From the IMG/VR virus record IMGVR_UViG_3300032321_001491, positions 1-33,805 of that record: 33,805 bases of DNA, one strand, 5' to 3'. Under the pieces are notes generated by a model. The model made no database searches. It was not told the DNA's origin and saw only the letters and a list, made by a program, of their open reading frames with translations. Below are positions 1 through 6,011 of this stretch, piece by piece. Made by a program: the position numbers and the translations under genes. Within the stretch, counting starts at the first letter, position 1; every line of letters begins with the position of its first letter. The stretch is from a virus. Lineage: Duplodnaviria > Caudoviricetes.

Positions 1-37
1 AATAATATATAGCTGATATATCACATAGTACATAAGG

Positions 38-88
38 AAAACACCCATTTATAGGCTTATTTTAAGCTTATTTTTGGGTGTTTTTTTT
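38..88 (+). terminator. Probable intrinsic terminator/hairpin in AT-rich non-coding left edge
   Basis: AAAACACCCA...TGGGTGTTTT inverted repeat with inner ATAGGCTTA/TAAGCTTAT, followed by T8. Confidence 0.5.
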
Positions 89-520
89 GTCTTTTTTTCA
101 CTAATTAACTATATTTTTAATAGAAATACGACCAAAATGGTTAACAATTGGGTAAAAAAGCTCATAATTTGAGAAGGTTTTAGATTCCCCTATGTAAATA
201 TCCTATTACTGGATATCTATAAGAATAATACAAACATATTCCCCCTCTTTTAGTTTATATAGGGGCGTAATACTATAACCGATTGATGACCCAGAATATT
301 GACGGGTTGATACATAGATTTAGGAATAGTATAAGTGTTTGATTACACTGATGTAATCTGAGGCGATAGGTAGAGAGATAGGCTAAGTCTTTCCCAGCCC
401 ATTTGATTAACAAAAATAAAATGTGCGTAAACTTTTACCTTCCTCCCTTAGATAAGTATTTATCTATGAGATTTTGGAATACATTTTGAATGCCATATGT
501 AATTTGTTAGTTATGATTAG

Positions 521-633
521 AAATATGTAATAAAGTTAAGCGATAAATAAACTATTTTTTGCGGGTGTACAATAACAAATGCATTTCTTATTGGGACACC
601 CGCCATCTTTATGATTAGAAAATGTATATTAAA
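521..633 (-). repeat. Degenerate repeat unit 0 (no -10, no downstream ORF)
   Basis: AAATATGTAATAAA box 521-534, 43-nt GCGGGTGT...ACACCCGC hairpin 561-603 at the same spacing as other units, second box 621-633. Confidence 0.7.
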
Positions 634-658
634 AATGGTAAAGGTAAGCGTTTAGATA

Positions 659-698
659 GCTGGCGTTCATTGTGCTTTAGCACGGGATGAACGCCAGC
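659..698 (+). repeat. Second hairpin (opposite orientation of the GC-TTTA-GC cap)
   Basis: GCTGGCGTTCAT-tGTGC-TTTA-GCACggg-ATGAACGCCAGC; near-identical copy at 1284-1323. Confidence 0.8.
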
Positions 699-733
699 AA
701 AAAAGAAGCCCCGTACCGAAGTACGGGGCTTCT
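699..733 (-). terminator. Intrinsic terminator cassette 1
   Basis: AGAAGCCCCGTAC-TTCG-GTACGGGGCTTCT plus U-tract on minus strand. Confidence 0.9.
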
Positions 734-754
734 ACACGCCTTACGGGGTAAGGG

Positions 755-1060
755 TTACTTGCGCTTGCCTTTGGCAGGCTTGGCGAGTGAGACTACGCAA
801 CGCCCGTCTGTAGTCCATTGAACGGACACAGCGACATTGTTGCGCTCTGCAATGGTTTCAACACGACCACGATACTTAGCCTTGTGGTTTGTGTAATCCT
901 CATCGTTTGGATTACCCTGTGCGTCATCCCAAATGAATGCGTCACCCTCAACCTTTGGGTCAAGGCTAACAATCTCGGCTTGTAGTGTCTCATCGTGGAA
1001 CGCTTCACGCCCACGCTTGGACAGCATGCCTTGCAGGTCATTGAGGTTTATCTTTGCCAT
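755..1060 (-). CDS. Hypothetical protein, 101 aa, basic C-terminal tail; paralog of 1380-1691
   Basis: ORF with GGGAG SD; about 60% identical to the neighbour by manual alignment. Confidence 0.9.
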   Translation of the reverse strand: MAKINLNDLQGMLSKRGREAFHDETLQAEIVSLDPKVEGDAFIWDDAQGNPNDEDYTNHKAKYRGRVETIAERNNVAVSVQWTTDGRCVVSLAKPAKGKRK

Positions 1061-1123
1061 AGGTATTCTCCCATGTTCAACACTCGGTATGAGTGTGTCT
1101 CGGCGGTATTGCCTTTGACATAA

Positions 1124-1257
1124 ATAAACATACCATTATGGTAAAAATGTGTATTAAAGTGAGTTTCGTATTGGTACCCCAACAGCGGGTGTGCAATTGC
1201 ATCGCTGAAGCGCAATCGCACGCCCGCCATGTGTGCGGAATAGAAATTTGTACTAAA
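1124..1257 (-). promoter_or_regulatory. Repeat unit 1: box + hairpin + box/extended -10 promoter
   Basis: Minus strand TTTAATACACATTTTT-N-ATGGTATGTTTAT (1124-1158); hairpin 1185-1227. Confidence 0.85.
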
Positions 1258-1283
1258 AACAGGAGATATGAGTGTGCTACGGA

Positions 1284-1323
1284 GCTGGCGTTCATTGTGC
1301 TTCAGCACGGGAAGAACGCCAGC
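1284..1323 (+). repeat. Second hairpin, copy 2
   Basis: GCTGGCGTTC-attGTGC-TTCA-GCACgggaa-GAACGCCAGC. Confidence 0.8.
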
Positions 1324-1358
1324 AAAAAAAAGACCCCGTGCCGAAGCACGGGGTCTTT
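1324..1358 (-). terminator. Intrinsic terminator cassette 2
   Basis: AAAGACCCCGTGC-TTCG-GCACGGGGTCTTT plus U-tract. Confidence 0.9.
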
Positions 1359-1379
1359 CACTAACCGCAGGAGATGCGG

Positions 1380-1691
1380 TTACTTGCGCTTGCCCTTGCC
1401 CTTTGCAGGCTTGGCGAGCGAGATAACCATCTGACCAGTGGTGAGCCACTGCACGCTGATGGCTACGCCGTTCTTATCGGCTAGTCCCTCAGCACGCCCA
1501 CGCCACATTGCTTTGTGGTTCGTGTAGTCCTCGCTGGTTGGGTCTCCTTGACTGCCCTCGTAGATGGTTGCATCACCATCTATCGCTGGGTCAAGGCTCA
1601 TGATTTCAGCCTCAAGTTCAGGGTTGTCATACGGGGCTCGCCCACGAGATGATAACTGACCTTTGAGGTCGTTCAGGTTTACCTTTGGCAT
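1380..1691 (-). CDS. Hypothetical protein, 103 aa; paralog of 755-1060
   Basis: ORF with AAGGAG SD; shared EDYTNHKA and SLAKPAKGK motifs. Confidence 0.9.
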   Translation of the reverse strand: MPKVNLNDLKGQLSSRGRAPYDNPELEAEIMSLDPAIDGDATIYEGSQGDPTSEDYTNHKAMWRGRAEGLADKNGVAISVQWLTTGQMVISLAKPAKGKGKRK

Positions 1692-1754
1692 TGCTTATCT
1701 CCTTGGTTATACACACCGCAGTGTGTTGCCTCAGCCTAATCGCTTTGGCATGAG

Positions 1755-1882
1755 ATAACCATACCATTATGATAAAAATATGTATTAAAGGTAGTTGCGT
1801 ATTGGTACCCCAATGGCTGGAGTGCAAATCTTTTGCTAAAGCAGATCCGCACACCAGCGGCAGTGAGAGAATGTGTATTAAA
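1755..1882 (-). promoter_or_regulatory. Repeat unit 2
   Basis: Promoter 1755-1789, hairpin 1816-1858, second box 1870-1882. Confidence 0.85.
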
Positions 1883-1922
1883 CTTAACCAACATGGTCCA
1901 GGGGTGGAGCTGGTGTTCAGAC

Positions 1923-1956
1923 AAAAAAAACTCCCCCCGCCCGAAGGCGAGGGGAG
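1923..1956 (-). terminator. Intrinsic terminator cassette 3
   Basis: CTCCCCTCGCC-TTCG-GGCGGGGGGAG plus U8. Confidence 0.9.
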
Positions 1957-1971
1957 CGGGGGAAGGAACAA

Positions 1972-2238
1972 TCACTCTGGTTGGAAGAGTGTGAGGTAAT
2001 CCATTTCCTCAATGGAGCCCTGAACATCTGTGAACAGTTGCTCAATGTCGCTCAACTTGTCCTGCACTTCGCCAATGAACTCTTGGCGCAGGGCAACCTT
2101 CATGTCAATCACGATGCTGAGCATCTGAGCGTTCATTTCGCCTCTGGTGATGAGGTTGTCTTTCAGTTGCATGGCAACTTTGACAACATCTTCGTGGGCA
2201 ATTGTGAGCGCCCTTGGGTGTGGTGGTAGGTGTGTCAT
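1972..2238 (-). CDS. Hypothetical helical, acidic protein, 88 aa (start MTHLPP)
   Basis: AAGGAG SD before ATG at 2238; the longer ORF-track start lies in the promoter. Confidence 0.85.
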   Translation of the reverse strand: MTHLPPHPRALTIAHEDVVKVAMQLKDNLITRGEMNAQMLSIVIDMKVALRQEFIGEVQDKLSDIEQLFTDVQGSIEEMDYLTLFQPE

Positions 2239-2281
2239 TGCTTTCTCCTTGTCAAGGGGATAGGAAGTGTCCTTGACATCT

Positions 2282-2415
2282 ATAAACATACCATGTCATC
2301 AAAAATGTGTATTCAACGGCATTGAGACCCTGTACCCTTTTCGTTGTCGTACAAATTGTTTGGTAAACCCAATCCGCACGCCAACGATTTCAAGAGAGAG
2401 AGAGCGTACACTCAA
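2282..2415 (-). promoter_or_regulatory. Repeat unit 3
   Basis: Promoter 2282-2316, hairpin 2341-2387 with compensatory GG-TTTA-CC cap. Confidence 0.85.
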
Positions 2416-2457
2416 CATATTGGATATACCTTTGCTATGGCGCTGGTGTTTGGGCAC

Positions 2458-2493
2458 AAAAAAAACCCCCCAAGCCCGTAGGCTTGAGGGGTT
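2458..2493 (-). terminator. Intrinsic terminator cassette 4
   Basis: AACCCCTCAAGCC-TACG-GGCTTGGGGGGTT plus U-tract. Confidence 0.9.
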
Positions 2494-2509
2494 CGCTGGA
2501 GAAGCGACC

Positions 2510-2767
2510 TTATTTCTTGGTGATTACTGGCACTACGAGTTTGCCCTCGGCGTACCAAATCACACCAACTTTCTTTTTTCCTGCAAGGCTGAGGATACGA
2601 GCACGAACACGGTTTTTGTTGGCTATCGTGTTCGGTACTGCCCTTTGTGTTGCGACAATATCACAAGTGTCGCTCACTGCCTTGACGCACTTGGCAAGGT
2701 AATTATCATGAAACTTTGGTCGCCCACGCCTCATTACCTTGACCGAGCCTTTAGGTACTCTACGCAT
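2510..2767 (-). CDS. Hypothetical highly basic protein, 85 aa (start MRRVPK)
   Basis: AAGGAG SD; Arg/Lys-rich, contains RRGRPK (AT-hook-like). Confidence 0.85.
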   Translation of the reverse strand: MRRVPKGSVKVMRRGRPKFHDNYLAKCVKAVSDTCDIVATQRAVPNTIANKNRVRARILSLAGKKKVGVIWYAEGKLVVPVITKK

Positions 2768-2811
2768 TTGCTTTCTCCTTGCCAGCGGGGTTAGGATAAT
2801 CGCTGACATGA

Positions 2812-2944
2812 ATAAACATAACATATCATGAAAAATGTGTATTCAATGTAGTTGAGAGTGTGTACCCCTTCGGCTGGTGCACAAAGCTTTTGCTGAAGCA
2901 GCTCCGTACACCATTCTTTTTGTGTTGTGAGAATATGTATTAAA
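2812..2944 (-). promoter_or_regulatory. Repeat unit 4
   Basis: Promoter 2812-2846, hairpin 2875-2913, second box ending 2944. Confidence 0.85.
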
Positions 2945-2978
2945 GAAAGCATGCCAGGATACGCAATAGGGTCGGAGT

Positions 2979-3010
2979 TTCCCCCTCGCACCCGTAGGCA
3001 CGAGGGGGAA
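2979..3010 (-). terminator. Hairpin terminator cassette 5 (no U-tract on minus strand)
   Basis: TTCCCCCTCGTGCC-TACG-GGTGCGAGGGGGAA directly after the stop. Confidence 0.7.
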
Positions 3011-3013
3011 GTT

Positions 3014-3232
3014 TTATGCTGATTTTGGGAAATTGTACTCTGTCCTGATAGTCTCTATCAGCCTGTCAATTTCCGAGTCAAGGAAACGGTGTATCTTATT
3101 CAGCCTTGCCGAAGTCTCGGACATACCTAGATACCTGCACATTACACTTGCCAGCATGATTCTCTTGCGGGTCTTATCTAGTTCCCTAGATATTTGCAGA
3201 ACCGCCGTTTTGCATTGGTAACGCTTGTCCAT
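3014..3232 (-). CDS. Hypothetical protein, 72 aa (start MDKRYQ)
   Basis: TAATG overlap with upstream ORF, GGAGG SD. Confidence 0.8.
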   Translation of the reverse strand: MDKRYQCKTAVLQISRELDKTRKRIMLASVMCRYLGMSETSARLNKIHRFLDSEIDRLIETIRTEYNFPKSA

Positions 3233-3453
3233 TATTTCGCCTCCGCAAACATCTTGTCCCAACACTCTGAATGGTAGCCATTCATGAGTTGCTCACGCTG
3301 GGCTGGGGTAAGAGTAGGGAAACAATTCTGAATGAGTTCGCCCTGCCAACTAGCCGTCTTGCCAAACTCCCATTCATCACGGGTCATTTGGACCTCGCCC
3401 CAATGCCCACATTCGGGGCAAGTCGGGGTTTGAATAGTAACCATTATTTTCAT
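3232..3453 (-). CDS. Hypothetical Zn-binding protein, 73 aa (CPEC...HSEC)
   Basis: GGAG SD, CxxC and HxxC motifs. Confidence 0.85.
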   Translation of the reverse strand: MKIMVTIQTPTCPECGHWGEVQMTRDEWEFGKTASWQGELIQNCFPTLTPAQREQLMNGYHSECWDKMFAEAK

Positions 3454-3493
3454 TGCTATCTCCAATCTGTCCTAGCCCGTTGCTAGGAACAAG

Positions 3494-3626
3494 ATAACCA
3501 TACCATCTGATGGAAAATGTGTATTAAAGAGAGTTGATAGTGTGTACCCCATTGACTGGTGTACAAATCTTTCGCTGAAGCAGCTTCGCACACCACCGTT
3601 CTTGTGTGATGAGAATGTGTATTAAA
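3494..3626 (-). promoter_or_regulatory. Repeat unit 5
   Basis: Promoter 3494-3528, hairpin 3557-3595, second box ending 3626. Confidence 0.85.
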
Positions 3627-3666
3627 GATAAAGGGTATGGTCATGTGAGAACGCTGGTGTTTAGGC

Positions 3667-3703
3667 AAAAAAAAACCCCCCAAGCCTTTCGGCTCAGGGG
3701 GTT
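3667..3703 (-). terminator. Intrinsic terminator cassette 6
   Basis: AACCCCCTGAGCC-GAAA-GGCTTGGGGGGTT plus U-tract. Confidence 0.9.
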
Positions 3704-3728
3704 CGTTTGTTTGGGGGGTGATATGTGC

Positions 3729-3965
3729 TTAGGCTTGAGGTCGGGTGACGGTAATTCCCAATTCCTCAGCGAGGGCTTTGGCTTCTTGGTTCTTCTTGGC
3801 TATTGCTTCCTCGTAACCCTTGAGCATCATTGCCAAGCCCTGAATGCCTTTCGTGTTGCCCTGCTGGGTAGCACGGTTGAGTGCGCCTGCAACAACCATG
3901 AATTGTTGTTCCAGTGTCAGTCTTGCGACTGGGTGGTTTGGACTAACTTCTGTCCGCTTTTTCAT
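3729..3965 (-). CDS. Hypothetical helical protein, 78 aa
   Basis: GGGAG SD; ORF fills the space between promoter and terminator. Confidence 0.85.
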   Translation of the reverse strand: MKKRTEVSPNHPVARLTLEQQFMVVAGALNRATQQGNTKGIQGLAMMLKGYEEAIAKKNQEAKALAEELGITVTRPQA

Positions 3966-4008
3966 TGCTATCTCCCTGTCAAGGTGTTAGGGAGTGTCCT
4001 TGACATAG

Positions 4009-4140
4009 ATAACCATACCATCTGATTAAAAATGTGTATTCAACTTAGTTGACAGTGTGTACCCCACAAGCTGGCGTACAATGCTTTGGCTAAAGCAGCC
4101 TTGCACACCATCGCAAGGCGATAAAGAAATGTATATTAAA
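4009..4140 (-). promoter_or_regulatory. Repeat unit 6
   Basis: Promoter 4009-4043, hairpin 4072-4110, second box ending 4140. Confidence 0.85.
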
Positions 4141-4174
4141 AGAGAGACATGTGTAGGTGCTGAAGGGTCGGGGT

Positions 4175-4202
4175 TCTCCCCCCGCCCGTAGGCGAGGGGA
4201 GA
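4175..4202 (-). terminator. Hairpin terminator cassette 7 (no U-tract)
   Basis: TCTCCCCTCGCC-TACG-GGCGGGGGGAGA after the stop. Confidence 0.7.
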
Positions 4203-4207
4203 TGGTA

Positions 4208-4489
4208 TCACTCGTAGATACGATACCTGTCCTGTTGCTTCTCCAAGACATGAGCCTGACGGTACTTGTCAAACACTTCGCACCAAACTTTTGCGAGTGT
4301 CAATGAGCCTGCAACGAAGCGCTCTACCGAGTGCAACATTTTGCCGTTCTCATCAGTGACATAGCACCAAGCCATGTAGTTTCCAGAACCGTCAAAAGCC
4401 TTGTAGACTTCGTACATATGCCAATATGTCCAAGCGTACTCGGCAGTGCCGTTTCTTACCCACTTCATAGTGACTAAAGGAGTGGTCAT
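4208..4489 (-). CDS. Hypothetical aromatic-rich protein, 93 aa
   Basis: GAAAGGA SD; fills the cassette. Confidence 0.85.
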   Translation of the reverse strand: MTTPLVTMKWVRNGTAEYAWTYWHMYEVYKAFDGSGNYMAWCYVTDENGKMLHSVERFVAGSLTLAKVWCEVFDKYRQAHVLEKQQDRYRIYE

Positions 4490-4531
4490 GAGGTTATCCT
4501 TTCTATCGGGGTTAGGTGTGTTCCGATGTCA

Positions 4532-4665
4532 ATAACCATACCATGTGAGGAAAAATGTGTATTCAATCTCGTTCATGCTCTGATCCTCAACAGTTGGTGT
4601 GCAATTGCTATGCTGAAGCGCTCTTGCCCACCACCCGACCGAGTGTGTGTTGAGAGTGTATTAAA
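4532..4665 (-). promoter_or_regulatory. Repeat unit 7
   Basis: Promoter 4532-4566, hairpin 4595-4633, second box ending 4665. Confidence 0.85.
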
Positions 4666-4705
4666 AACTATTGGCATAGGCATGGAGTCGGGCGGGTGTT
4701 GAGAC

Positions 4706-4751
4706 AAAAAAAAGAACCCCAAGCGCCTCAGGGGGGAGGCACTTGGGGTTC
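4706..4751 (-). terminator. Intrinsic terminator cassette 8
   Basis: GAACCCCAAGTGCCTC...GAGGCGCTTGGGGTTC plus U8. Confidence 0.9.
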
Positions 4752-4765
4752 GGGTTAGGTGCTTG

Positions 4766-4849
4766 TTATAAGCCAACCACGCATTGGAATATCATCCAAG
4801 CGAGGCAAGCGAACACAATGTACGCACCAATTTCAGGCAGGCGCTTCAT
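4766..4849 (-). CDS. Small membrane peptide, 27 aa (MKRLPEIGAYIVFACLAWMIFQCVVGL); not in ORF track
   Basis: ATGA overlap with the upstream stop; single hydrophobic helix; ends just before the terminator. Confidence 0.65.
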   Translation of the reverse strand: MKRLPEIGAYIVFACLAWMIFQCVVGL

Positions 4850-5073
4850 TGAGATACCAGCCTGTATTCCAGCACCTCGTAGAAGTTACCTGACGGGTGA
4901 TACTGGGCATTGACGGTAATCTCAACGATACCACCGTCAAGTTTGAGCCTGAACACTTGGTATGCCCAAGTGTCGTCAACCTCAACGGGGATAGTGTTGG
5001 ATAGGATAAGGTTCAGTGCACGCTTGCCGAGCAAGGCACGCTGAGCCGTTTCGCTTGTGTCTATGGTAGCCAT
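4846..5073 (-). CDS. Hypothetical protein, 75 aa (start MATIDT)
   Basis: GAGGA SD before ATG at 5073. Confidence 0.85.
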   Translation of the reverse strand: MATIDTSETAQRALLGKRALNLILSNTIPVEVDDTWAYQVFRLKLDGGIVEITVNAQYHPSGNFYEVLEYRLVSQ

Positions 5074-5110
5074 AGTTTCCTCTCTGTCTCGGCGGGTTGC
5101 CTTGACTGAT

Positions 5111-5239
5111 ATAACCATACCATACGATAGAAAATGTGTATTCAACCTCGTTGATATGATGAACCCCATTGCCTGGTGTACAATTGCTTTGCTGAAGCGC
5201 CCTTGCCCACCATCGCATGTGTGAAGTGAGTGCATTCAA
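5111..5239 (-). promoter_or_regulatory. Repeat unit 8
   Basis: Promoter 5111-5145, hairpin 5174-5212, second box ending 5239. Confidence 0.85.
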
Positions 5240-5280
5240 AGAGAAGAAACTCCGTGTGCAGATGAGTCGGAGTTCAGGGC

Positions 5281-5324
5281 AAAAAAAAAGCCCCCAAGCC
5301 TCGGAGGGTGAGGCTTGAGGGCTT
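5281..5324 (-). terminator. Intrinsic terminator cassette 9
   Basis: AAGCCCTCAAGCCTC...GAGGCTTGGGGGCTT plus U-tract. Confidence 0.9.
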
Positions 5325-5341
5325 GTCGGGGCATTGAGTTA

Positions 5342-5629
5342 CTAGAACTCTATTGGTGCTTCAATTGCTGGTATCTGCACTGCGTTGCGATGTTCTTGCA
5401 TCGCACGCTGGTCGGCTTCCAAGCCGTACTGAATCATTTGCGCACGATGGTCGCAATCTTGCACCATGCGTGTCAGATGTTCAGCGGTTCGGTTCCAACC
5501 GCTTGCTCTGCAGTATGCGCTTGCGTTTGTGAAACGCAAAGCGGTGTTCTGCAGTTGCTCTACCAAGTTTGCAACCATTCGTGGAATGTTGTCTCGCTCG
5601 GTTTCGCTGGGTGTTTGATAATGTGCCAT
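5342..5629 (-). CDS. Hypothetical helical protein, 95 aa (start MAHYQT)
   Basis: GGAGGT SD before ATG at 5629. Confidence 0.85.
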   Translation of the reverse strand: MAHYQTPSETERDNIPRMVANLVEQLQNTALRFTNASAYCRASGWNRTAEHLTRMVQDCDHRAQMIQYGLEADQRAMQEHRNAVQIPAIEAPIEF

Positions 5630-5687
5630 GATGAACCTCCAGTTCATTTGTTGTTGGCGTTTGTGTTTATCGTTCACCCCGACAAGA

Positions 5688-5790
5688 ACAACCATACCAT
5701 CTGGAAGAAAATGTGTATTCAATCTTGTTCAAGCTCGCATCCCCAATCACTGGTGTACAATTCTTTTGCTGAAGCAGAATCGCACTCCAG
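5688..5790 (-). promoter_or_regulatory. Repeat unit 9 (first in transcription order)
   Basis: Promoter 5688-5722, hairpin 5750-5790. Confidence 0.85.
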
Positions 5791-5921
5791 CGATTGACCC
5801 TAGTCAACACAGGTATTTCGTATGCGGCTAAAAACAAAAGTAACATTCATAAAATATATACTCAAATTTTGGATAGGAAGGTTCAAGGCGGGTATAGGAG
5901 TATAAAAGTTTGGGGGAGAAT

Positions 5922-6011
5922 AAAAAAGACCGCTAGAGATGCACATGCCCCTGGGGGTTAAGCCCAGAGGCATCTGCACCTATAACGGTCCTAAGGTTAG
6001 CTTTCGCTGCC
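5922..6011 (-). ncRNA. Putative ~90-nt structured RNA with segment antisense to 23S rRNA
   Basis: TATACT -10 at 6018-6023, GAAA-tetraloop mini-hairpin, ~26-bp G-U-containing stem, U6 tail; 5980-5997 matches the 23S/I-CeuI site sequence. Confidence 0.6.

Larger units (their letters stand above)
521..5790 (-). repeat. Array of 9 (+1 degenerate) promoter-hairpin/gene/terminator cassettes
   Basis: A conserved ~130-bp intergenic element recurs every ~515-685 bp, each copy upstream of a small minus-strand ORF that ends in a terminator-type hairpin. Confidence 0.95.

Noticed and set aside
1816-3660. GCTGGTGT as Chi sites (E. coli Chi is GCTGGTGG)
   Set aside because: Never the exact octamer, variable between units and tied to a fixed-spacing partner box; the inferred host is not an enterobacterium.
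1124-5790. CRISPR array
   Set aside because: Repeats are degenerate and ~130 bp, the intervening segments are 400-550 bp with complete genes, and no cas genes are present.
521-5790. Classical integron with attC sites
   Set aside because: The hairpins lack terminal RYYYAAC/GTTRRRY boxes, every cassette has its own promoter and terminator, and no tyrosine recombinase is in the window. Kept only as an analogy.
933-5831. ORF-track plus-strand and repeat-spanning ORFs in the array (e.g. 1093-1434, 1769-1999, 2267-2794, 3606-4025, 5315-5797, 1048-1449)
   Set aside because: They are antisense shadows or translations of the promoter/hairpin repeat; promoters, SDs and terminators all point to the short minus-strand ORFs.
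5980-6001. rRNA gene or fragment
   Set aside because: Only ~18-22 nt match 23S; the flanks are unrelated and fold into a minus-strand hairpin.
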